From: Azolla caroliniana
Taxonomy: Eukaryota; Plantae; Polypodiophyta
DNA: 64,000 bases
Assembly (NCBI GenBank): GCA_043228905.1
Contig: JBHGNT010000002.1
Coordinates: 25,854,001-25,918,000 of the forward strand
Direction: 5' to 3'
Part shown: positions 53,669 through 64,000 of the stretch, piece by piece
How the letters are laid out: each line of letters opens with the position of its first letter
Position numbering within the stretch: the first letter of the stretch is position 1
The notes under the pieces: generated by a model
Told to the model about the DNA's origin: nothing
Seen by the model: only the letters and a program-made list of their open reading frames with translations
Databases searched by the model: none
Program-made: the position numbers and the translations under genes

Positions 53669-56215
53669 AATATAATTTACAGTTGCGATGTTGTTGAAGA
53701 ACTTGACATTGATGGCACGAAGCTTGCCAACGGCTGTAGTAGAGTCGGCACCAAGGCCAGAGACGAGGACAGCTGAACCTTTGGTGCAGAAGCCGCCTGT
53801 GAGCTCAAGGTCTTTGAGCGTGAGAACACCCCCTAGGCCAACCAAGAAGATCCCTGACTGCCCTTTAGCATCGATCAAACATTTGGCGACATCACACACA
53901 CCAGTTATCGTCACTGCCCTGTCAATTGTTGGCAAAAGCCCGAACCCTGCATATGAATCCGACTTCATTTCAGGCTTTCTTTAAAAACTTTCCCTTCTCA
54001 TGTTAATACTGATGACTTATTCTAGTTGTTGATTAAAACTCGCAATGGAACGAATAATGCTCCATGCTAATCAAGATCCATTGAATGCTAATTACTGGCA
54101 CTAATTCATAGCAATAATTATAGTTGATATGAGAGCAGTTTATTAAAAGATTGATTATGCTAATGACCATATAGGCATTAGCAATAAATTAAGATCTATG
54201 ATGATCATTTGGTAGCACAAAAAATGGGATGGTAATTGCGATGAAGTTTTAGTACCTTGAAGATTGATATTCGCAGTTATATAAATCTGGGGTCTTTTGT
54301 TCAGTAATGCTTGGACTAAACACAATGCATTGGAGCACTGGGGGGCTTGTGTAGGATCTAATGGATCCCCTATAGCCGCGAGCCTCCGATGAGCACCTAC
54401 ATTTTCTATTGTCATTATAATTCGCTTGTGCACTTATGATTCATTTGTCAAATTATCATTTAATTTGCTTGTATTTCATCAGGATTTGTTGTCATTTGAT
54501 TAGTTTGTATTTTCACTGTGATTAGTTTGTGATTTTTTATTGTGGTTCATTTGTGAATGTTCTGTGATTAAATTGTACTGTTTGTGATTAACATTTTACT
54601 TTGAGCATGAGTAGTTTGCAAATTTATGATGATTAGCTCGTCACTTTTATCATGATATACCATGATTAACATTGTACTTTGAGCATGAGTAGTTTGCAAA
54701 TTTATGATGATTAACTCGTCACTTTTATCATGATATACCATGATTAACATTGTACTTTGAGCATGAGTAGTTTGCAAATTTATGATGATTAGCTCGTCAC
54801 TTTTATCATGATTATTTTGTAACTTTCATCCTGATTAGTTTGAACTTTTATCATGGTTAATTTGTACTTCTATCATGATTAGATTCTGATATATATTTTC
54901 AGCATAATTGGTGTTAGTGGAAGTCCTTTTAGCATAAGCAATGAGCAATTTTATCTCTTTAATTGGAAAATTAATCTTTACTAGCGAAATTGATTTGTGA
55001 ATAAAGTATTTTATTACCTAGTACTGATTCTTTCCCTGCTACATTAGTATGGCTATCTCTGTGTGATAAAATGAGCTGCATAATAAACGTTATGGGTTGA
55101 TTAATTTCACATTTTTGGATTGCATTATAATGTTTTGATGAAAGCTAATATAGTCACGTTCAGTAATTAAACTATTTTGATTAATTTTGAAATTTTAGGT
55201 TGAAATAAATTTTACGGTTGGTTTCAATTCAAAATCTGGCTTGTAATAATTCACAATGAAGGTTGCATATATAATCATAAACAATGATTCACATATGTAG
55301 ATTCATTTCAAAGTTTAGATTAAATCGAACTATGTACATTAATTTTAGATCTTAGGTAGAACTATAAATTTGGAGTTATTTCAGTTGCTGGTGGAGTTAA
55401 AGTAAAATGATTAAGCTCAAGTTTTTGTGTTTTAGCTGGCATTTTTTTTCAATTGCATCTGCAAAAATTTGTATAGAAATTTTACGTTTTGGGATCGACA
55501 TTAAATGGCTTAAATTTGAGTGCATTTGCAAAAATTTATATAGTAAATTTACGCAATGGTATTGAAATTAAATGGCTTAATTTGCCATCGTTTCAAAGTA
55601 TATGGATTTAACATCAAATCTTTGGGTTGCATTAAGTGCAGGACCGCACAGAAATGGGCATACAATTATGTGGTTTGGTTTATAAAATAAGTTTGAATAG
55701 ATAGATCAACCTGAGGTGATACTGTTTTACTGGAGCCATCGAGTTTGTGTTTATGCGTCAAACACAAACCTGCATGTTTAATTGATACAAAAGACGTTGA
55801 GATTAAAATATATCCGAGCAAAAAAACGAATAGAAATTTCACAAATGCTTGAATGGATTGAAATGATTCAGTGAATCAATGAATTGGCACGATTATTAAG
55901 TATTATGCATCGAATAATAATTCAGTTCAATGGATGAACCAGTTGATAGTACGGAATAATAATGATAATCAAATCATGGTAAGGATTAATAATGATAATA
56001 ATCATAATCAAATGGTCAAATTATATAGTGAATTTGTAATCAAATGAAATCCTGAATGCATCAATAATAAAATAAAATTAGATAGATTGAGTAATAATAG
56101 CATATATTATGAAGGGATTTGGGTGAAACTGAAGGATGCAAATTAGACCTGGTTGGACGAGTGAATTGGTGGCGATAAGCACAAAGAGATGGAGTGCAAG
56201 GATATTTTGGCGCAT
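49546..56215 (-). CDS. Secreted multidomain protein: Pmp-like/pectin-lyase-fold beta-helix, Pro-rich extensin-like stalk and GDPH root-cap/vWD-like domain (about 877 aa)
   Basis: 17 phase-compatible GT-AG exons: 56215-56149, 55769-55711, 55075-55018, 54396-54256, 53946-53681, 53533-53459, 53333-52989, 52812-52711, 52601-52533, 52429-52379, 52299-52269, 52036-51267, 51161-51066, 50753-50595, 50427-50373, 50009-49852, 49677-49546 (2634 nt, no stops). An alternative ATG lies at 56263. Signal-like N-terminus MRQNILALHLFVLIATNSLVQPGLC; repeated FxxN and GGA(V/I); SP3-5 motifs; GDPHFIG..G..FDFHG....YCVISD..HIN.H; VHGLLGQTY; DY.T.D.LS.DC.FS.F; terminal SCTGFGDALC. The first three small exons are the least certain. 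Confidence 0.85.
49995..50147 (-). repeat. Triplicated intron-exon junction (about 58-65-bp unit x3)
   Basis: Minus strand tgtgtgaaa(a)CAG|G(A/G)C(A/G)AAC(A/C)TATCAA, with possible exon starts at 50132, 50067 and 50009. Confidence 0.9.
53612..53666 (+). repeat. (AG)n microsatellite in an intron
   Basis: About 27 AG units. Confidence 0.97.
54580..54812. repeat. 78-bp tandem repeat x3 in an intron
   Basis: tgattaacatt.tactttgagcatgagtagtttgcaaatttatgatgatta.ctcgtcactttttatcatgat is repeated three times. Confidence 0.93.
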
Positions 56216-59200
56216 CTTGTCAGGATTATTGGCGGGGCGGATTAATTGGAGAAGACTAATCATGTATGTATATAGATGGAAGATCAAATGCCTTCTTCTT
56301 CTTGTTCTGCTTCTTCTTTCTAATGTCGCAGCATCATCGTTAGTCAGAAGGATTGATTACTGAAGGGGGATGATTGTTGGTGAATGGAGTGAATGAATGA
56401 ATTTGCTTGTTATTTATATTCAAAGGATCTCTGATATGGTTACAGTTATGAAATCTGATGGCATCCATAACCACCCACACCTTGGGATCAATTTACACAC
56501 ACACACATTATACAATATACATAATTGCGACTCTTTTTCTCTTCTGATTCTCATAATAATAAAAAATAGAAATAAAAGTAATGATTATTATTATGATTAG
56601 TTATCATACGACATATTTAATCAAAATGAGTGAAAATCACACAAGAAAAAACAGGAAACATTTTAGCGATTTCGTTTTTATATTAGATGTGTTATTTTTT
56701 TTTTGGTCTTTGAAATTAATTCGTCTATATTAAAATTGATGTAAAAATAGATACTTGGAAGTTTTTCATTCTGTATGGTTTTACATTAGGCTCTCAATTT
56801 TAAATTCAGTTTAAAAAGAAAGAGGAACAACTTTTTTGGCTTTTGGCTTTTGGCTTTTGGCTTTTGGGGTTGGCCACTTCACACTAGTTCGATATTTGCT
56901 CGGCCTGCGCCTTACGGTATGTGAGGAAAAGAAAAGAAAAAACTGCGCAAACAATGTCTCGGAAATGAACCGTGCTTACGAGTCGCTATTCATTTAAAGG
57001 CGATGCATTTGCACACTAATGTGAAGTCGATTTCGAGTCAATTTATCACCAAAAGACTATGCATATATAAAGACAGGCTTTCATTTGGTTTTTTAACTTT
57101 TTAATCTCTTGTACAATCCCTATCAAACAATTCCAATTTCTCTAGGCATTTTGATTTTAAATATTTTTTGAGCTTTTTATGGAATTGATTTACTGTATAA
57201 GCTCTTATCAACATGTATTAGTTGAGAATCGGCTCGAAGCCTCCTAGACCGATCTATCAACTGAATATGGTAGATGCGTGTAACCATAATGAGTTGTATC
57301 ACTTTCTTTGTGAATTGAGTCGATTTCTTTGTTTCACGCATAGGAAATGTGAATTTTATTGTTCTAGATTTTCTTTGTATGATGCATGAACACTAAATTG
57401 CAAGTATCCTTACGATAAAAAACATTATTTGGGTTGTTGTGTGTCTTGCTAGGATGTTGGTCCCTTACCCCAAGCTCCTAATTACATCAAGTATGGGTGT
57501 ATATGGAGAAAACTATTTTAATAAAAGGGGTACTCTTTAGGACACGTATGATATTCTTGTGGTTCCCATCTCATGATTGACCTAGAGAAGCAATCAACAT
57601 TTTGTCGATAGGAAAATGCAATCAAACGTTCAAGGTTGAAGCCTGAACAGAAAACCAGCTATTGGACAACAATTGATTGTTATATCATTGAATTGTACAG
57701 ATTCCGTAGAAATCATGATTCCATGTGAGCCCACATTACCGGCATTGACCAAAACAATGTAGAGTTTTTGGTCAAATGAATATGGTAGGAAATTTGACAT
57801 TTGTTGAACTTAAGTTGAATGTTGTACTAAGCTTTACATCATTTATCATCGCTTGACACCATAGCAACTTCTAACATGGTTGGAATAATGTTCCTTGATA
57901 GCACTCTTCAACGCTCAAAATTCATAAATGTTTTTCTAATACTATATTTTTCTTTCATTTGTTATAAGTTGTTTGTGTTACCATCATGCTTACTTTGTGT
58001 ATTCTCACCTTTTTTGCCATACATCGAGACATAAGATGTGTTTTCAACCCTTGGGTGGTGGAATGTGATTCGTGATGCCATATTTAAGAAGCAAAATTCT
58101 GGCATGCATATTTTAAGATCAGGAAGAGTTTTTGAGTTTGGTGAGCTCAAGAGAAAAGAATGATACAACTCCCTATATACTCACACTTTTCTCCCGTATT
58201 CTCTCTTTGCCTTGTACTTTCTTGCTAGTGTTTCGTAATCTATCTCTATCCCTCATTCTCACTCTATTTGTTTGACATTGAACCTCCTACTCGATGTCAC
58301 TTCATATTGTCCCAAGTGGCTCACAATTGGCACACTTCTCTCACTATTGGCCAAATTCTTTCTATTCTCCCTCTCCCAAATGTGTGGTGAAGGATGAGAT
58401 GCTTGCTCTCTTATCATATTCTAGTAAACTGTAACACCAATGTATGCTTGTTGCCAAGTTTCCCTACATTGTACTTGTTTTCTCATCAAGTATTGGGAGG
58501 AAATCTTGTATTGAGTTAAATAATCATAAACTATTTTAAATGGGATGAATAAATCTAAAGGGATAATTTTAGGCCCTTTTTTAAATCGTGTTCTTGATTA
58601 ATTCTGTGTTTCACAAATAATTTGATTTAAAAATCTTTAACCTTGCTATAATGTGTTTGTAGTGAGAAAAAATATTCAAGATAAGATAGAATGTCGAGGA
58701 AGAAGACATGGATAGGAAAACACTTACAAAATTTTGGACAACAATGAGAGAACAATTCATTCAATCTCCACCAATGGAACAACCAAAAAACTCTTTGTAG
58801 GAAAATGCTCACCAAAATTTCACAATCCTTCATGGGTATGACCCTCAACCATAGTGTGAAATGAAATCCAAACCACCAATGTTGCAAAAGGTTTAGCTAA
58901 ATCTAGTTTGTGCATCAAGGAGATCTATGACACAGAAAAGATAAAGACAAAAAACAAAGAAAGGCCACGTAAACCATCTCTAAGTTAATGGTTTGCATAT
59001 CTCTTTGTATAGGACCACAACATTTTCTAAGGACTACTAGGATTGTTTTCTGTTAACTGTTATTCATTCACAATATGTGATTGTTTCCTTTTTATCCTTG
59101 TGTTTTGCTATATGTTGTGGCACCACACTATACAATAATAGGAAAATGTTTTTATTTGGCATTGAACATTTCTTGTGCAGTATCAAAACAATTTCGAGGT

Positions 59201-61149
59201 AGATTTATATTTAAGAGACTTTTTATACAATAAAATCTTTGACACTGTTTGATCTCTTGTGAGGGTATGTTAATATGGTTTACATGTAGACATTTTCTAC
59301 TACGTCTTGTTGATATTCAACTTCCATAGTGCATTGATAGTTGGAAGAAAAAAACAAAACATTATTCAAACGCATGTTATTGTAACATAAAGATGGCTAT
59401 CACAAACGTTACAACACAAAACAAATTTAAATTGAGGTTTACTTGCATATTATATTGCTTCTTGATTGTTACAAATAAGGTAGTGCATATGATGTTATGA
59501 TCGAAATGTCTAGTTGAGCATCCCTAGGAAGATTGCTATGTTTTCTTGGAGACCCGCAAGAATTGGGCCAGTTGTGCTAAAAACAATTAAGCCATAAATG
59601 TGTGCTCTTATCTTTGAGGACATTAAAAGCATGAACTTGTTTCATTTACCATAACAACTTGTGACTTATTGTTTTAAAAGCATTTGTGTTTAACTAGGAA
59701 TTTCTTCCATGTAAAAATGTTTAACGCCTTCTCGATAAAAGCATAAAATCTTTCTATATTTTTCAATTCTTCAAATTGGTGCTTGAGTTTGAGAGGATTG
59801 GGGGAGGGGGGGGGGGGGGGGAGAGATCAAAGATCAATCATACATTCATACCCAACATATTAACCAATTACAATGAATTACCAGTGACTTACAATTAACC
59901 AGTTACTACAATTTACCAACAAGGGACTTGTTGAACTCTTGGATGAGTTATTGATAAGGAATATGAGGATAAGACATACAATGTTTGAGAGAATGCGATG
60001 GAAATTACATGTCACGGCCATGTTACAACTTACACATTTGAGCTAGTATTTCATCAATTAAAAACTTGTTTTAGTTAACTCCTCGCACACCCACCAATGC
60101 CCCTAGTGCTTCTGCTTATATCTCTTCTATCTTCCAAACTCCTCTCCTTTCCCTCCAATGTAGCTTCATATAGTTTTGTAATAGAGAGAATAGAAAATTC
60201 CCGGTTCCCTAAATCACGATGCAAGTCACATGTGTGATTTTTTACCACATGTCAATATTGTCAGGTTTTAGAGATGTTTTGATGGATAGCCATGGGCATA
60301 CTGATCTTTATAATCCAATATGCCCATCTCTTCATCCAAATCTTCACATCCACGCATGTGAAAATATGGAATACAATTCAATGGAGGATTGTAATCCCAA
60401 TTTTAAAATTTTGATTTATGAGAAAATTTCTTTTACCGAAAGGTAATAATTATTTATCGATATTGGACAGCCTATCTCGATAAATGAAACATTTCATAGT
60501 TAAGATGTCTTTGTACATTCAATTCCAAACTTGAAAGTGCGATATTAGAATGACGCAAATGTAAATCACATGGTTGTCTCATACACTATAATTTAATGGT
60601 ATGTATGGACAGGAAGTTATAGCTCTCTTAGAATAAGAAATACCATTGTGTTAATATTTTATCTTATCTCAATACATAGTGTAATCTCTAGATAGTGGTA
60701 ATAAATTATTAGCCTGGATCATAGAATACAGAAATTTCTAGTTTCAATGAGAAATCCTTTTGCTTCCACATATATCCTAAACCATTGCAATATTTTCACT
60801 AAATGTAATGACAAGACTTTGTACATAAACTTGAACTCAAAGCTTTTGAAACATAAAGTAGCATCTTGAGTACGCCTAATGGACGTTCATTTCCGAAACA
60901 AATTTTGTCACTATGTTGCACGATAATATCACCCGACAAGATGAAATTACCCCCCAATGCGACAAACAATTATTATATTGTTATGAATATTATGTTGTAT
61001 TTGAGTATTGGATCAAGGTTAGTCATTAAAGCAAAAACATATTTTAACTAGAGAATTTGGTACCTACCTTGATAAAATATTTTCCATTCTATTCATGCAT
61101 CAACCAAACAATATTAGTATTCTAATAGTGTGGTTTCCAATTAAAAGGG

Positions 61150-61750
61150 AGGATGATGGACATGGTTGAGTAATGTGGCATTCATAACCCATAAATCTAC
61201 AAGCTAAGGAGTTGTACAAAGCACCTCATATGAGGAACAATGCAAACTTGTTGATCAACATCCATGGAAAGGAAGTTTCAATGGACAAATCCAAAAAGTG
61301 GGCAAGTGATTATGCCTCGAGTGGAAAGGAAGATGGATAATGGAAGCATTTGAGGATACTTGCATTACTACATATCATCCTCACTATATAGCAAGCACGC
61401 ACAAAGAGAATATGAAAAGGCTAGATGTTAGAGGACAATTAACAAATACGGTTGCAATACGAAGCACATAAATTGTGGGCCAAATTCACAAAGAAGAGGC
61501 CAATAGAAGCTAGAAGGTACATACATACTGCACTGAATTTTCCAGGGTAGTGGCATATGGCCTACTCCTATGTACCTCAAGGCACATGGTTATTGGACAC
61601 GTGACTATGACATATTCACATGTGGTGGTAGGAAGGGCATATGTTTTATGTGGCAAAAAGGACATATTAAAAAATGGCGTTACAAATTTGGTACTAAAAT
61701 GGTTGAGTACAAGCAATTGATGATAGTTCACAAGGGATTTGAGATGAATT
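61150..61750 (+). mobile_element. Possible decayed Ty3/gypsy integrase remnant
   Basis: Scattered fragments KKWASDY (about KWGIDF), NTVAIRST (about EAVA..S) and TPMYLKAHG (about TPY.PQANG) in the expected order. Very degraded. Confidence 0.3.
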
Positions 61751-61985
61751 GGTTATAGATGGGTAGGCAAACAATTCAAGCAAATCGAGGGTGGTGAATC
61801 ATCAAATAGTAACACCTTCACTCTATTGCAAACGATTTGATTGCATATGATTTCCTCTTTCCTAAGGAACATAAACAGTGCAATTGGCTAGCAATATATC
61901 TTAGTGAGGCACTTATATGTCAGACATGTTTAAGACCAAAATCAGTCCTGATTAGCAAGAGATAAGACACAAGCCAGCTGATGAG

Positions 61986-62169
61986 GGGTTTGTTGATTAG
62001 GACACACACAGGCACATAGTAAAAAAGTTGCAAACTATGGATTCACACACACTCACAAACAACTCAACAGTGGTGTGTTGGGGTTTTGTACATGGCGGGT
62101 TTGCCGATTAGGACACACACATGCACATAGTTAAAATGTTGCAAACTATGGATTCACACACACTCACAA
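61986..62169. repeat. Direct duplication, about 111-bp period
   Basis: gggttt..gattaggacacacaca.gcacatagt.aaaa.gttgcaaactatggattcacacacactcacaa twice. Confidence 0.85.
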
Positions 62170-62182
62170 TAGCTCTCCTCTC

Positions 62183-62531
62183 TGCATATATAAAAAGAGA
62201 GTACGCGAACAAGAGGGTATTTCTAGTGTAGTAATGAGTGGTCGGACAACGCGTCATGAGGCATTGTTGCATATATAAAAAGAGAGTACGTGAAAGAGAG
62301 GGTATTTGTGGTGTAGTAATGAGTGGTCGGACAACACGTCATGAGGCATTGTTGCATATATAAAAAGAGAGTACGTGAAAGAGAGGGTATTTGTGGTGTA
62401 GTAATGAGTGGTCGGACAACACGTCATGAGGCATTGTTGCATATATAAAAAGAGAGTACATGAAAGAGAGGGTATTTGTGGTGTAGTAATGAGGAGTAGT
62501 CGGACACCGCGTCATGAGGCATTGTTGCATA
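62183..62531. repeat. 85-bp tandem repeat x4
   Basis: Units start at 62183, 62268, 62353 and 62438: tgcatatataaaaagagagtacgtgaaagagagggtatttgtggtgtagtaatgagtggtcggacaacacgtcatgaggcattgt. Confidence 0.95.
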
Positions 62532-62569
62532 CGCCTCATGGCAAGTGAATTGGATGGGTAAGTGGAGAC

Positions 62570-62770
62570 TTGATCCTCTCCCTAATGGGAACCCAGTTTG
62601 CTCACTTCTCTATTAATCCACACATATCCTCTTAATGCCAACCACAATGGAATGTAGGGGTTGAACCCATTACTAGATAATGCCACTGTGGTGTGAATGC
62701 AAGGGGGGCGGGGGTGAACCGAGGACCTCGTGGTCTCCATTGGGCAACCTTACCAACTGAGCTACATCCA
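62570..62770 (-). mobile_element. tRNA-derived SINE (best-preserved copy in the window)
   Basis: Minus strand GGATGTAGCTCAGTTGGTAAGGTTGCCCAATGGAGACCACGAGGTCCTCGGTTCACCCCCG (A box plus B-box-like), followed by the same body as 20489-20900. Confidence 0.75.
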
Positions 62771-63051
62771 TCTGGGGGCATGCATGCTCTTTTGTACCTT
62801 AATATTATGGTTGTGTATTCACATTAGACAATAATGATAAGAGATGGGCCTCTGGTTCTCCTTAATTACGAGGATGGCCCTCGGGCTTCTCTCCTCTTTT
62901 AACTTAACTTATCATTACGAGAAGAAGAAGAAGAAAAACGAAGATACTGAACTGAGCAGAAGAAGAAGAAGAAGTTTTAAATACATACATAAAAATAAGA
63001 AAGAAACAAGAGGAACAAAAAATGTAGCCGTTAAAACTCACAAAAAGACAT

Positions 63052-63085
63052 AACACACACACACACACACACAGAGCAGCAGAGA

Positions 63086-63117
<32 letters not shown>

Positions 63118-63310
63118 CACACACACACACACAAACAGAGCAGAGAGAGAGAGAGAGAGAGATAGAGAGAGAGAGACACACACACACACACACACACACA
63201 AACAGAGCAGAGAGAGAGAGAGAGAGACACACACACACACACAAACAGAGCAGAGAGAGAGAGAGAGAGAGAGAGAGACACACACACACACACACACACA
63301 CAGAACTGAG

Positions 63311-63350
<40 letters not shown>

Positions 63351-63352
63351 GT
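63052..63352. repeat. Compound higher-order (CA)n-CAGAGCAG-(AG)n microsatellite followed by (CT)n
   Basis: Four (CA)n/CAGAGCAG/(AG)n blocks, a fifth CA run, then about 16 CT units. Confidence 0.95.
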
Positions 63353-63396
63353 CTGTGGTTTCCTTCTGTTTGTTTGTTCTTTCTTTCATTTTGGCT

Positions 63397-64000
63397 ATGG
63401 CGGCCTTCAAGGAAAACCACTATTCCTCTGCCTCTTCCATGAAACCTCCTCCTCTTTCTTCTCATTCTTCCTCCATCTCTCCCTCTATGTCTTCTTCTAT
63501 GTCTTCTTCTTCTTCTTCTTCTGTGTTTTCTTCTGTTTCGAATTCTTCTGCTTCTTCTTCTTCTTCGTTGCGCACCCCTCTGTCTCCCATTCATCACAAC
63601 TGCCTTCCTCCTCCTCCTCCTCCTCCTCCTCTTCTTCTTCGCGAGCATTCTACTCCATCATCATCATCATCGTCAAATTCTTCTTCTTCTTCTTCTCGCA
63701 GATTTCTCAGAGATAATTCGAAGGTCGCCATTCCTCGGACCCCTCTTCCCACTCCTGCTCGTCGCTCCAAGCTCCTCAGAGAATCTGCCGCCGATTCCCG
63801 ATCCTCCAGAGCCTCCCTCAAAGATCGTTTTGTTCATCTCCCTCCCCCTCCTCCCTCTGTTTTCTCTTCCTCTTCTTCCTCGCTCTTTTCATCTGTTTAT
63901 TCGTCTTCTTCGTCTGTTTCTGTTTCTTCTACATCCGTTTCTTCGATGGCGATGATGCGAAGCAAGAGCGCTGCATGTGTCCCTCCTCGCCCCCCTCAGA
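63397..64000 (+). CDS. 5' part of a gene with a Ser/Pro-rich disordered N-terminus (runs off the window); possibly a mitotic protein such as kinesin-12
   Basis: ATG in good context (gctATGGCG), then 201 codons with no stop to the window edge: MAAFKENH...[11 protein letters not shown]...[16 protein letters not shown]...[14 protein letters not shown]. It is missing from the ORF track because it has no stop codon. The identity is inference only. Confidence 0.6.
   Translation, partial: MAAFKENHYSSASSMKPPPLSSHSSSISPSMSSSMSSSSSSSVFSSVSNSSASSSSSLRTPLSPIHHNCLPPPPPPPPLLLREHSTPSSSSSSNSSSSSSRRFLRDNSKVAIPRTPLPTPARRSKLLRESAADSRSSRASLKDRFVHLPPPPPSVFSSSSSSLFSSVYSSSSSVSVSSTSVSSMAMMRSKSAACVPPRPPQ

Noticed and set aside
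62700-62770. Functional tRNA gene
   Set aside because: The acceptor and anticodon stems do not pair convincingly, and the head continues into a repeated non-tRNA body, as expected for a SINE.
62904-63821. Minus-strand Arg-rich, (SL)n and (CV)n ORFs
   Set aside because: These are antisense readings of microsatellites and of the Ser/Pro-rich plus-strand ORF.

Overview
Eukaryotic, AT-rich, intron-rich nuclear DNA from a land plant. An intact nuclear murB gene and the intron and repeat style point to a seedless plant, most likely a fern (inference). I built spliced models by hand for five genes: (1) the 3' part of a DDX47/RRP3/RH10 DEAD-box helicase (+, 43-3647); (2) a six-knuckle CCHC AIR1/ZCCHC7-like protein (+, 7278-9996); (3) plastid peptidoglycan MurB with a Cys-type active site (-, 12610-15021); (4) a MED26/TFIIS-N domain protein (-, 22479-25537); (5) a 17-exon, about 877-aa secreted chimera (-, 49546-56215). 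A sixth ORF, Ser/Pro-rich and possibly mitotic, starts at 63397 and runs off the window. The chimera is the most striking element. It has a signal peptide, an RRL pro-region, a Pmp-like GGA(I/V)/FxxN beta-helix, a Cys-rich hinge, an extensin-like Pro-rich stalk and a root-cap/vWD-like domain that starts with the autoproteolytic motif GDPH, plus a triplicated splice acceptor. Intergenic DNA holds a 5'-truncated L1/Tx1-type LINE with a target-site duplication, an RTEX-like LINE fragment, a pogo/Tigger-like non-autonomous element carrying a 48-bp palindromic minisatellite, tRNA-derived SINEs, decayed TE remnants, short tandem duplications and microsatellites. All calls come from reading the sequence by eye; no database searches were run.
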